From Saprolegnia diclina VS20 (taxonomy: Eukaryota), in the NCBI RefSeq assembly GCF_000281045.1, contig NW_008246083.1, forward strand, positions 128,906 through 192,905: DNA of 64,000 nt, given 5' to 3'. Below, piece after piece: positions 13,001 to 23,044 of this stretch. The notes beneath the pieces were generated by a model. That model saw only the letters and a list, made by a program, of their open reading frames with translations. It made no database searches and was not told the DNA's origin. Each line of letters starts with the position of its first letter. The first letter of the stretch is position 1. A program made the translations under genes and the position numbers.

Positions 13001-16000
13001 GCCAGACGCTCTCGCGTACCGTGCAGGGCATGATGCTCTACGAAGACGCGATCAAGATCCTCCACTGGCTCGAGATTGGGTCGAGCGCGCACCGCACGCC
13101 CGAGCAAAAGCAGCAGCAGCTCGAAGACATGGTCCGCCTCAAGTTTTCGTACATCTGCGGTTGCCAAGTATACGGCAAGCACCGCGCCGAGAACAAGCAG
13201 CAAGCCAACGACATTGACTTCTTGCTGCAGACGTACCCCAACCTGCGCGTTGCGTACGTCGACACGATCCCGACGAGCAACGGCAACCGCTTTGACACGG
13301 TGCTCATCAAGGCCGAGCAAGACGAGATTGTCGAGGTGTACCGCTACGAGCTGCCGGGCGACCCGATCCTCGGCGAAGGCAAGCCCGAGAACCAGAACAA
13401 CGCGCTGCAGTTTACGCGCGGCGAGTTTCTCCAGACGATCGACATGAACCAGCAGCACTACTTCGAAGAGTGCCTCAAGATGCCGCAGCTGCTCGTAACG
13501 GCCGATATGCACCCGTCCAAGAAGCCGGTGAGTATTATCGGTATGCGCGAGCACATTTTTACGGGTAACGCGTCGTCGCTCTCCAAGTTCAAGTCGTGGC
13601 AGGAGCTCGTGTTTGTGACGCTCAGCCAGCGCGTGCTCGCCGACCCGCTCTACGTGCGCATGCACTATGGCCACCCCGATATCTTTGACAAGGTCATGTG
13701 CCTCACGCGCGGCGGTGTCTCGAAGGCGTCCAAGGGCATCAACTTGTCGGAAGACGTCTTTGCTGGCTTCAACACGACGCTGCGTGGCGGTGTCGTGACC
13801 CACGTCGAGTTCATGCAGTGCGGCAAGGGTCGTGATGTGGCCATGTCGCAGATCTCGATGTTTGAAGGCAAGCTGGCCAACGGTGCCGGCGAGACGTCTC
13901 TGGCGCGCGAGGCGTACCGCATGGGCGCCTTCATGGACTTCTTCCGGCTCAACTCGATGTACTACTCGCACACGGGCTTCTACTTTGCGACGTGGATGAC
14001 GATCGTGACGTCGTTTGTGTACATCTACTCGAAGGTCTACCTCGCGCTCTCGGGCGTCCAAGAGCAAATCATCGAGAAGATGAACTCGACGTTCATCATC
14101 CGCAACAACTCGATCTACGGCTTTGACGACCGCGCGTACTACGATCTCGCCAACGTCATGAACACGCAGTACTTCATCCAGGCCGGTCTCTTCCTCACGC
14201 TGCCGCTCATTTGCGTCTACTTTTCCGAAATGGGTCTCTGGCGCGGCTTCCTCAAGTTTGTCAACATGGTGCTCACGGGCGGCCCGGCCTTCTTTGTCTT
14301 CCAAGTCGGCACGACCATGCACTACTTCGACTACAACATCATCCACGGTAACGCCAAGTACCAAGCGACGGGTCGTGGCTTCAAGATTACGCGCGAGACG
14401 TTTGTGTTGCTCTACAAGGCGTACGCCAACTCGCACTACCGCAAGGCGTGGGAGCTCGTCGGGCTCTGTTTTGTGTACTGGGCGTACGGCGAGTTTACGC
14501 TCGGTAACCGCGACCAAGTGGCCGGCGACCCGACCAACATGTTTGCCAACAAGTACAAGGACACGTCCCAGGCGTACGGCACGCAGACGTTTGCGATCTG
14601 GTCGATTTCGGTGCTCTGGCTCCTCTCGCCCTTCATCTTCAACGCCGACGGTCTCGACTATGAAAAGTCCAAGGCCGACATTACCGCGTGGTGCAAGTGG
14701 ATGTTTATGCAAGAGTCGGACACGGACATTGACAAGGTGCACACGGGCGGCTGGATCAGCTGGTGGAAGGGCGACCAGCAGCAGATGCACGGGTCGGCCA
14801 TGATTGCGCGCTTTACGGTCATCATTCGCGAGTCGCGCCACTTCTTGCTCATGTGGTACGTCATCACGCTCAAGCACGAGCCCGCCAAGATTGCACTTGT
14901 CCTTGCGGCCGTCGGCGCGTCGCTCGTCCTTCTCGGTGTCGTCCACGGCGTTGGCATGGGCATGCGCGGCGCGTCGCCCGTGGCGCGTGCGGCCGTCTAC
15001 TTTTTCCTCGTTGTCGCGCTCTCGACGGCCTACCTCGTGGTGGCGACGACCGTCCTCTTTGCCAAGGACAAGGACGGCAACGCGGACCCAGAGGCGTGGG
15101 AGAAGAGTCTAAGCATTTTCTTTGGCTACATTGCGGGCTTGTACGGCATCAACGAGATGTTCCGCGTCTTCAACTTCCAGGCCGGTGGCGTCGCGGGCAT
15201 TGTCGTTTTCCAGCAGCTCGCGTTCCTCTTCGACTTTGTCTTTGGCGCGTGCCTCCTCATCCCGCTCATGATTTTGAGCTGCATCCCGTTCATGAATGCG
15301 ATCCAGACGCGCATGATGTACAACGAAGGCTTCTCCAAGGTGCTCTCGGCGTCGTCGCAGCACGCGTTCTCGCTCGCAGCGGCCATTGGTGGTGCGACGG
15401 GCTTTTCGTCGGGCTGGCTTTTGTACCTCCTCACGACGCTCGACATGTCGCCGGGCTACATCAGCTACCTCTCGACGTACAAGATTGCAATCTCGACGGG
15501 CTCGGGCTCGACGACCTACATGGTGATTGCCGCGATGGTCGGTGGCTCGGTGCTCGCGGGTGCGTTTGGCTTCTTCCTCGGTCGCCGCATGACGCTTGTG
15601 ATTGCCGGTCTCCTCTCGGGCTGCGGCTGCTTGGCGCTGAGCATCATTCCGTCGGTCTCGTCGGGCTCGGCCAAGCTCATGCTCATGCTCGGTGTCGTGC
15701 TCATGGGCGTCGCGCTCGGCATCCTCCTCCCGACGGTCACGTGCTACATTTACGAGATCTCGACGGCCGACATGCGCGGCAAGACGATGCTGCCGCTTGC
15801 GTTTACGTTTGTCGTCGGCACGGCGTTTGCGTCGTGGTACTCTGCGGGCGAGATTGGCTGGGTCTGGCAAGCGTTTTGGTGCGCCGTCATCCTTGCGATC
15901 ATGACGCCGATGATGAACATGTTTCCCGAGTCGCCGCAGTGGGTCCTCGAGCGCAAGGGCGTCGAAGAGTGCGAAGCGGCGCTTGGCATTTTGCGTCAGA

Positions 16001-16830
16001 AGCCCGACAACGCCGACGAACTCCGCGAGATGCGCGAAGAGAAGAAGGAAGCGTCGGAAGCGGCGGCCGGCGGTGGCATGTACAAGTTTGTTGTCGCGTT
16101 GTTGCTCACGATCATTCTCTCGCTCTCGACCAACTCGCTCAACATTTTCGTCGGCAAGACGTTCAACGGCTTTGCGGACAACAACCATATGTTCACCAAC
16201 TGCGTCGTCATTGAGGCGTTTGGCGTGCTCATCAGCTTCTTCCTCATTGAGAAGACGCCGCACAAGAACCTGCTGTCGTTTACGCTCCTCGCGGTCGCGC
16301 TCTTTGCTGGCTTTCTCGGTGCCGACGACAAGTTTGTCATCATCAAGCTCGACAATGGCAACCGCAAGCTCATTCTGAGCCTCGTCATGTCGTTCCTCTA
16401 CTTTTTCAAGGGTCTCGGCCTCACGTCGGTGCTCTGGGTCAACATTGCGGGTCTCTTCCACACGAGCACGCGCTTCCTCGCTGTGCCGTTTCTGTACATT
16501 GTGTTCTTCGGCCTCAACGCGGCGTCGCTCCAGCTGCGCCTCAACAAGCAGACCGAGACGGCGTACCTCTGGCTCTTTGCGCTCGCTGGCTGCTGCCTCC
16601 TCGCCGTCTTCTTTGTCATTGTCGCGGGCTCGCGCGCGTCGAGCGGCCTCATGTGCACCCGCGACGAGATGCGCAAGGACAAGAAGCGCACCGAGCGCCG
16701 CCGCAGCTCGCGCCACTCGCGCACGCCCGGCAGCTTTGGCCGCGGCCGCCACTCGCGGTCACGCTCCAAGTCGAACGCCAACAGCTACCACCTCGTGCAC
16801 TCGCCCGCCAACGGCGGCCAACACGTCTAA
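10054..16830 (+). CDS. 1,3-beta-glucan (callose) synthase, GT48, fused to a C-terminal MFS sugar-porter-like domain; single exon, about 2258 aa
   Basis: FKS1-domain motifs (NQREH, WGESANLRHMPECLCY, NYDDINEFFW). GT48 motifs (RLWASYRGQTL, GEGKPENQN, IDMNQ, REHIFT, RMHYGHPD, INLSEDVFAG, QCGKGRDV). After about 15361: LGRR, YIYEISTADMRG, PESPQW and about 12 hydrophobic segments. Confidence 0.97.
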   Translation: MKSQYSSSSARPPSDKQSVAMQNSDATRPSGHRRATKNYFQLESDTKRQSMMQDANDRFGNRLSMMNVLPQQDQAEFQDERSIDYCCEVLQNKFGLQDGSVDNQREHVLLLLANCAARAGTGTADTQYHVQLLHTKLFGNYKEWCGFVGVKPVAYAERLSGTPLTSPLHMDLMLYFLIWGESANLRHMPECLCYLYHQMLSALLQDDQHQERRPQQWFLQAVVRPIWKECSVMQKKNSLGLHYEHTKVRNYDDINEFFWKKGCLKIAIDQVAQTIHKTHGKTFFEHRSIFTLILNYYRIFHFNLMFLIGLAVINYVVTISPNGGKSGFDQFSAMGKVVSPYSTREVKKVGVVFIGSHAILNAFKCFLEVGHGWNLLVDRRSTSATSSKSMTYGLALTLRLIWNLGFAGLFGLMAVSAIPAAGATDILTNLSLASLVYVAPGALILISQSIAPGPTRTLGSKFIREGDSCYTGRHMAPPLSYRLKYGLFWIILWVAKTVVSYWVLISPLMLVSLAIYEMKLTYNSPISSFHNMGIIVALWAPVVFIFNYDTQIYFTILQALIGWVKGAIMKAGEIHGIENLSKAFRVAPQLFDQKVVTVLARSTDAAEMGDQASRGSVSAVYQSQMMLRFVVVWNEIVNSFREGDLVDDKEAAILQYDIQNTGEVFEPVFLSAGKLGEAMTYAMKLGKGGRGDSELRIQLVKNDCLSAVKSFFNASMYVMEALLGNDDVEVLEAFRMMEQCACDGAFLQSFDVGSLLHVRTMAIDFLEAVLDLPDPDTPSPVLPDTAVHPMGIIRNFVAKTENLFNALRQFCRNQAIGGKFANVNFVQPANSYVYASRGLVNLFHSDTAMGAATRAYLLMSLDKPDAMPKCAEAQRRLGFFMKSLLMDIPQLRAIRDMRSFSVVTPFYSEGVIYSLDELNNPLENHPIFNKGEEVKKNISILKYLITIHPEEWENFLERIDVSSVEAAIKQFPMEIRLWASYRGQTLSRTVQGMMLYEDAIKILHWLEIGSSAHRTPEQKQQQLEDMVRLKFSYICGCQVYGKHRAENKQQANDIDFLLQTYPNLRVAYVDTIPTSNGNRFDTVLIKAEQDEIVEVYRYELPGDPILGEGKPENQNNALQFTRGEFLQTIDMNQQHYFEECLKMPQLLVTADMHPSKKPVSIIGMREHIFTGNASSLSKFKSWQELVFVTLSQRVLADPLYVRMHYGHPDIFDKVMCLTRGGVSKASKGINLSEDVFAGFNTTLRGGVVTHVEFMQCGKGRDVAMSQISMFEGKLANGAGETSLAREAYRMGAFMDFFRLNSMYYSHTGFYFATWMTIVTSFVYIYSKVYLALSGVQEQIIEKMNSTFIIRNNSIYGFDDRAYYDLANVMNTQYFIQAGLFLTLPLICVYFSEMGLWRGFLKFVNMVLTGGPAFFVFQVGTTMHYFDYNIIHGNAKYQATGRGFKITRETFVLLYKAYANSHYRKAWELVGLCFVYWAYGEFTLGNRDQVAGDPTNMFANKYKDTSQAYGTQTFAIWSISVLWLLSPFIFNADGLDYEKSKADITAWCKWMFMQESDTDIDKVHTGGWISWWKGDQQQMHGSAMIARFTVIIRESRHFLLMWYVITLKHEPAKIALVLAAVGASLVLLGVVHGVGMGMRGASPVARAAVYFFLVVALSTAYLVVATTVLFAKDKDGNADPEAWEKSLSIFFGYIAGLYGINEMFRVFNFQAGGVAGIVVFQQLAFLFDFVFGACLLIPLMILSCIPFMNAIQTRMMYNEGFSKVLSASSQHAFSLAAAIGGATGFSSGWLLYLLTTLDMSPGYISYLSTYKIAISTGSGSTTYMVIAAMVGGSVLAGAFGFFLGRRMTLVIAGLLSGCGCLALSIIPSVSSGSAKLMLMLGVVLMGVALGILLPTVTCYIYEISTADMRGKTMLPLAFTFVVGTAFASWYSAGEIGWVWQAFWCAVILAIMTPMMNMFPESPQWVLERKGVEECEAALGILRQKPDNADELREMREEKKEASEAAAGGGMYKFVVALLLTIILSLSTNSLNIFVGKTFNGFADNNHMFTNCVVIEAFGVLISFFLIEKTPHKNLLSFTLLAVALFAGFLGADDKFVIIKLDNGNRKLILSLVMSFLYFFKGLGLTSVLWVNIAGLFHTSTRFLAVPFLYIVFFGLNAASLQLRLNKQTETAYLWLFALAGCCLLAVFFVIVAGSRASSGLMCTRDEMRKDKKRTERRRSSRHSRTPGSFGRGRHSRSRSKSNANSYHLVHSPANGGQHV

Positions 16831-17120
16831 GCCAGTGCGTTTTTTGATATAACTCTTTTATACACCTGCACATTTGCCTCAACGTCAATGTCTCTCCACC
16901 AGAGCTAGTCAACACTGTTCCTAGCCCGTATCGCACATGGTACCGGTGGTCGCACTGGACACGAAGCGGTCACGGGACTTGGGAGTCGTCGAGCGTTGAC
17001 GCCCGAGGCAACCCACTCGAATCCATGCCGGTCAACGCTACAAATAATGGCGGTGGACTAGTTTACACAGTAGTATCATCTTTGGGTTATATAAAACTAG
17101 AGACTATTCTGTACATGAGA

Positions 17121-18628
17121 TTATGCGCAGTGAATGCGGTCGGTGCGATCGGTCGCTTCGAGAAACTCTCTCCAAACGACGGGGAACAGGTCGGTGACGT
17201 CGTGCTGGACCGTCTTTTGCGCGCTGGCGTTGCCGGCGCAGCTCGCAAGGCGCACGGATGCCACGTAGCTCACAAACGCCTTGCCGAGGTCGCAGTAGGC
17301 GTGCGCGTCGGTCGGTGCGAGCTGGAGCCAGTTCGTGATCGCGACGAACCGCTTCTCGAGCTGCTTGTGCGTCAGCGAGAGCGCGTCGTCCGGCGCCATC
17401 TTCTTCTTCTTTCCCAGCACCGCGACCAGGAACGCCTTGGCCTTCTCGCGGATCGCACGGAGACTCACGTACCACGCGGTCTTGTACTTTTGGAGGCCAA
17501 TGACGGCGCCGGTGCCATCCACATACAAATTGACCTTGCCCTCGGTCTGGTAGCCGGTCTTGATGGCGCTCAGCACGGCCTTGAACTCGGCGCCCGTGTA
17601 CGGCACGACGTCGTACTGGACGGTGCGGACGCCGCAGTAGCGCCCGAGTGCATACCCGAGCAGCGGGTTCATGCAAATCTCAACGCCGTCGAGCGATCCA
17701 AGCGTCGGGAACGAAAAGCCAAAGAGGACGGGCGTATCCTCGGGCACATTCAAAAGCTCGACGTGCTGGTGGTTGGGGCAGAGGAGCTCAAACGACGCCG
17801 TGAGGCGCGTCTGCCACAAAAACTCGCAAAACATCGTCCGCTTCGCCGGCGCGAGACCCTCGAGCATGCGCAACATACCGTACGCGACGGGGCGCGCGCC
17901 CGCAAATGGGTTTTGACCGTTCGTCGTGCCGATCGCAATCGCCTTTTCAATGTCGGACGCGGTAGTGATCGCCATGTGCACGTTCTTGGAGCCGACAAGG
18001 TAGACAAAGGACCCGTCGGCCTTCTTAAGAACTGCGAGGTGGGCGGCCTCGCCGTTCTCCTTCACGGTCGAGATGACCGATTTGGTCTCGGTCGCAGGCT
18101 TTGTAAAGTATTTCGAGAGCGCTTCCGAGGCAATCGACGCGGTTTGCGCGTCGTCGCCAGCGCTGAGCTCGCCGTCGTCTTCGTGGCCCGTAAACTTGGG
18201 GTACGCACGGACGAGCGGAAAGTACGCGGTCGTCGCGGCGTCCAGCGCCCACTTGGCCACGTAGTTGCCCCGCGGGTAGTACTTGCGCGCGTACTCGTCG
18301 CCGTTGTAGATGGCGTCGTCGGGCCGGCCGCGCGCTGCGACGCGGATGTCAATGCCGACGAGGCCCTCCAGGAAGGGCAGCATGGGGCGCTCGGTGGCCA
18401 TCGCGATCGGCGACGCAATCGCCTTGTCGACGTGCTCGGCCCACTCGGCGCTCCACTTGAGCACCATGTCGCGGAACGCGAGCGGTGCGCCGTCGGGCCC
18501 GGCGTGGCGGCTGCGCATGTAGGCGCGGATCTGCTCGAGCCTAATGGAGAGCATGAGCATGGGGATCATGGCGGCGCATGGGTGTACCCGCGCGTGTAGT
18601 GGATCGCATGCTCCGAGGGCGCGTCCAT
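17121..18628 (-). CDS. Stand-alone ATP-dependent RNA-ligase-like nucleotidyltransferase (Trl1/T4 Rnl1-type); 2 exons
   Basis: Exon 1 18588-18628 (MDAPSEHAIHYTR), intron 18541-18587, long exon 2. Ordered motifs RAYPKF, TVKENG, VGSKN, TASFELL..HQH, EGKV, QKYKTAWY..LRAIRE. Confidence 0.75.
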
Positions 18629-19702
18629 GAGGAGGGCTTCGACGACGCCGAGGAGCGACGGCGAGAGGTTCGTGTGCGTCGGAGCAAACATGGAAAAAGG
18701 CAAAGTGACCGCGACCTTGCAAATCGGTCATCCGGATCGACCATCACTCGCGCACGATCCTTATCCGGACAATCGCCTGCCGAGTGATGTTGCGTTCGAA
18801 GGGCTTGTGAAAGGGAGTTGGCTGCATAAGTTGTTGTCATCCAGTCACTGGAAATGTTGACCAAAGAGGTGGGACGAGCTCATTCAGGGCACCAGAGTAA
18901 CGGTGAAGCGACAGTACCTTGGCACTTCATACAGACACACCATGGGCATCGCCTTATCAAGGGACATCGAGCTCGTAGACGCTCGTTTAGCGATGAAGCC
19001 TGTCGGCAGGCTCCTCGCGAATAGCGGAAAAGCGGAGCAAAATGTCCTCACAAGAATGGGTGTCAACAGGCATGATCATTCAGTGCCCATTGACTTTGAC
19101 TTGGTGCTGGAAACCGCCATTTTGAGTTTGAGTTTAAACGATGACAAGCCATCAGCAAAAAGAATTTTGCTGCATGAGAATGAAATGGAAAACGTACGAC
19201 GCTGCGCTGCGACGCCATCGCGGGTACACTCACACTAGAGCGTGCGTTGGAGGTTGCATGCGCTTTGAATTTGCCTTCAACGAGTTTGCATCCTTCCACT
19301 TGTGATGGCAGTGACTAGCAACCAAGGGAATTATTCCTCGCTGTTAGCAACAAAATGATTTTCGGACCCACGATGAGCTGGCGGAAGCGCGAGGTGGCAG
19401 AATTATGCGTGCTCTGCATGAGCTACGCAGCAAACGCCATCTCGAACGGTGCAGCATCTCTCGGCTAATCTCTCGCACGTCACGTGCCTGTTATCGAGGC
19501 CTCATCGGCCGCGACTGGCAAGGTGTCAACGCTGACACAGTGCATGTCCAGCCTTGCGTTGCGGATGCAATCGGGGCGCCAACGGTACGAATGAACGTGA
19601 TAACAAGGACTTTATGATGATCAACTTGACTAATACATAGTGCTATGCGCCCCAGTGAACAACATACTACATGTACAACATAAAAAGCTACGACTACTTG
19701 TT

Positions 19703-20560
19703 CTACGAGGCAAGCGACAGAAGGTACTCATAGACGTCCTTGTGCCCATGGGCCAGTGCCACTTCGCATGTGCGCGCGCTGTAGCCTTCGCTGCGACGTG
19801 TCGCGAGGTATCGAACGACATCCAAGTGCCCACGTAGCGCCGCGCGGTCGATGGCGCCGCGGGTTGCGCCATACGCTCGCTTCTCGTGCAGAAAGACCAC
19901 GATCGCCAAGTGCCCGTTGGCGGCGGCGCCGTCGAGGGCTGCGACCGTGGCCCCTTCGCTGCGGCGTGCGTGGAGGTATTGAACGACGGCCAAGTGTCCT
20001 TCGGAAGCCGCACCGTCCATCGCGCGCGTCGAGCCGACAACCTCCGTGTGGTCAGTGAGGTGCTCGGCAACGTCCAAGTGGCCCTGTCGCGCCGCAAGGT
20101 CGAGCGCGTGCCCCGTGAGGCCACTGTACCCATTGGCGAGCAGGAATTGAAGCGTCGCGAGGCTGCCGCGCAGCGCGGCGAGGTCCAGCAGGTGGTCGCA
20201 CGACGACTCCATGCGATAATGGGCGTGGACCAACGCGGCAATGTCGACGCGGTCGGCGTACGCTGCGTGGTACAGCGCCATGTAGCGCATCGGCGGTGCG
20301 TCCCGAAGAACGGAGTGCAAGCGAGAAGTGCCAACGTCTGCGTACCAAGGTGCAAGCGCGGCCTCGACCGAGCGTAGGAACGGAAGGAGCGTCGTGGGCA
20401 TGTCGCCGCCGACGAGGCGGTCGCAGTCGGCCTCGGTGAAGACGCGGAAGCGTAGCACGTCTTCGATGACGCCATCTTGGTACGAAGCGAGAAGCGCAAA
20501 GAGGTCGGCGGACCGCAGCACGCCCGCGCTCGCTTCTGTCATGCTACTTGGAAATGGCAT
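19703..20560 (-). CDS. Ankyrin-repeat protein (oomycete-type expanded family)
   Basis: Repeats LDLAALRGSLATLQFL, LDLAARQGHLDVAEHL, AMDGAASEGHLAVVQYLH, ALDGAAANGHLAIVVFLH, AIDRAALRGHLDVVRYL. Confidence 0.92.
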   Translation of the reverse strand: MPFPSSMTEASAGVLRSADLFALLASYQDGVIEDVLRFRVFTEADCDRLVGGDMPTTLLPFLRSVEAALAPWYADVGTSRLHSVLRDAPPMRYMALYHAAYADRVDIAALVHAHYRMESSCDHLLDLAALRGSLATLQFLLANGYSGLTGHALDLAARQGHLDVAEHLTDHTEVVGSTRAMDGAASEGHLAVVQYLHARRSEGATVAALDGAAANGHLAIVVFLHEKRAYGATRGAIDRAALRGHLDVVRYLATRRSEGYSARTCEVALAHGHKDVYEYLLSLAS

Positions 20561-20649
20561 TGCATCCGTCTGGCACCCGAGAAGACCAACACTCGTCGTT
20601 CGCGATTAAAAATCAGGTAAAATTAATTAAATGCCAATCGAGAAGATCG

Positions 20650-20958
20650 CTACTTTTGGACGGGCGTCGTCGCACTTACTCGGAGAAACTCGTCGCTGTG
20701 CATCGCAAGGGGCGGCGGCGTCTGCGGCGAGCCCGGAGTCGTGAGTCGCTGACGCATGGCCTTGGCAATTAGTGCAATACCGACGACGGCGACCACACCT
20801 ACGGCAACCGCCGCCACTGCGCCGGGGCCCGCGCTTCCGGAGTCGATGTCGGTCAGCGCTCGGAGGCGGATCGTCGTGACCTTGGCGACGGCGAAGTCGG
20901 GCGTGGCGGCCGTCACGAGAGTAAGAATAAGAAACAATGCGAACTGAAGCAAGTGCAT
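20650..20958 (-). CDS. Small (102 aa) signal-peptide plus single-transmembrane protein
   Basis: MHLLQFALFLILTLVTA signal-like start, AVAAVAVGVVAVVGIALIA TM segment followed by basic residues, and an Inr/FPR element just upstream. Confidence 0.7.
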   Translation of the reverse strand: MHLLQFALFLILTLVTAATPDFAVAKVTTIRLRALTDIDSGSAGPGAVAAVAVGVVAVVGIALIAKAMRQRLTTPGSPQTPPPLAMHSDEFLRVSATTPVQK

Positions 20959-20973
20959 GGTGCGGGTCGTGGC

Positions 20974-20987
20974 AAATTGCAAAGTGA
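20974..20987 (-). promoter_or_regulatory. Oomycete core promoter Inr+FPR element
   Basis: Minus strand TCACTTTGCAATTT fits the TCAYTYYNCAWTTT consensus, 16 nt upstream of the ATG at 20958. Confidence 0.7.
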
Positions 20988-22350
20988 AATCGAGAAAAAG
21001 CAGCGTGTTGGAAATCTTTTGGTGGCATCCGACCTGTCTCGCCCAATCAGAAGCCGTGCTTTCGGCTGTCCCAATCGGCGACACGGAATTGGCAAAGATT
21101 TCAGCCAATGAGGTGCAGGATGTCGATCCAGCGCAAAGGCCAGAAGCATCCGCTGCGTTCCGTCGACGTCGGTCGTGTGGCCGTTAGTGTAGCTACTACC
21201 CACAACTCTCGGAATCGGAGCGTTGGTTATATCAGCCAAGGTTGCAGAGCGCCTTTTGGGCCCACTTGACACTCCTTCCACGATTTCTCGCCCGAGAGCT
21301 ACTCACGCTCTCGAGACGGGTGGCGCCGCGTCAAGGTGGCGGAGATGGCGCCAAGGGACACTTTAGGGTGGCCGTCCACGTGGTTGTCAGAAGACACCAT
21401 CACCGAGGCGGGTGGCAGTCGTCGGTCGCACAATGGCGTGCGGCCTTGGACTTTCCATATTTTATATTTTGACTGCGACGTTTGATGTGCGTAGCGCCTC
21501 GATCGACCATTTTGTTTTCAGGAAATAGATTTCAAAATTTGCGCTGGGGCTGTCTTTGATTATGTTTGATTTACTTTTGTCGCTGATTGTTGAAGGCACT
21601 GAGGCCGCATTGCCCGGCAAGCGCTTCTCGCAACAGCATGAGCGGTTTCACGAGATATCCTCCCACGCGCACGGCGCTTGCCACCGAAAACGACTCTGGC
21701 CGTTGATGGAAGCAATCGTGAGAAAGGGAATCTCAAACACTCGTGCTCGTGGAACCCGCAGTTTCACTAAAAGTATCCAAGCATTGACTCAATAAGCTGC
21801 ACAGCATACGTCTACCAGCGGTCCGAGTACGTTTGTACTAGGGCAACTGCAATGAGCCGCGCACTTGCTATTACCTCAAATCGTCGCCGTTCAATACATC
21901 GAAGGACACCGGTGGTTCTGTTCGATTGTTCGGACAGGGCGCCTTGGACCGAAGTGCATTCTGTTTGCAGCTTTGATAAGGGTTGTCGCATGTTTGTTGC
22001 ATGCAAGCAGCACGTGCAGCAAGTTCGTATGTTTTCACGATGCATGTATGTACAGATATGTCTCATAGTCTCTTCAAACGATAGATTATCGATACCAGGC
22101 AGTCCAGGCACTCCAAGGCGGCGGAAGCTGAGGCATTATCGAATGAACGATTGGGGCATTGAAGAAATGCACGGAAGAGTCGTTGTGTAGTACATGACTG
22201 AGGTTCCAGCCCCACACAACCTGTAGTACAGCGTCAATGTCTCGACAACTCGGTGTATACCAGTAACGTGCGCCGACACGAGCCTTTTCGGAAAATAATA
22301 GCTTTGTACATGCTTGCAAGTACATTTCTAACGTTATTGCAATTTGCCAC

Positions 22351-22528
22351 CAAGATCACGCTGCCGATCGTCCTGCATCGCGACCTCCAGTCGCTGACGC
22401 CGCCTCAGTCGCTGGCGACTCCCGACGACCTTGACAAACTGCGTAGCTTTGCCGCCGACCGCGACGCCTGGAAAGATTTGACCGACCGTGTCGTCCAGTG
22501 CCTCACCCGCGGGCCACAAGCGTCGTAG
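22351..22528 (+). mobile_element. Possible 3'-end remnant of a non-LTR retrotransposon ORF
   Basis: Isolated GC-rich coding-like patch KITLPIVLHRDL...LATPDDLDKLRSFAADRDAWKDL resembling the post-RT C-terminal A-x-D-R-x-x-W motif of RTE-like elements. No start codon or RT core is visible. Confidence 0.4.
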
Positions 22529-23044
22529 GGCGACGACAGAAGAGCCCCACAGACCGGCGAGCGAATGAAGGAGATTGCTAGTCTCTACGAAATCTTTGTG
22601 TAATTATGAAGATAACGCGAAACACGTTCATATATACATAATTTGCCACTGTCCTCGGTCGCCCATGTCCACCGTCGACAGGGGTAGGGTTGACGGTTCG
22701 CACCTCTTGCTCACCAAACTCAAGGGTTTGGTCACACGACTACCGGGTAGAGGCTATATCTCTACTTCCAACCATATGCCATCCGTGTGCCCAGTACAAC
22801 ATGAAGGTGCACATGAGCATTACGAGTCCAGCGGTCATGCATCAGTGTCATCACCAGTGTCGTGCAAGGTAGTGTTAAATCTGTAAAATCTGCTTCAACG
22901 CGACCCCACACAGCTTCTGTCGCCCTTGCGTACACTCGCATGATATCGTGTCGCTTTTGCCCTCGAACTGGAAAGTCCACGCCTTTACGACAACACCCGT
23001 TCAAGCTAAATTTAACTTGGCTCATTTTTGCTGCCGTTGCCACC

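Noticed and set aside
9967..14946. 1659-aa antisense ORF, and 15109-16752, opposite the glucan synthase
   Set aside because: Shadow ORFs. The sense gene's GC-biased codon use avoids TTA/CTA/TCA, so no stops appear in the antisense frame. The translation has no recognisable motifs.
20860..20880. RXLR-like IRLRA after a signal peptide
   Set aside because: Lacks the first Arg and any EER motif, and the protein has a TM anchor, so it is not a credible RXLR effector.
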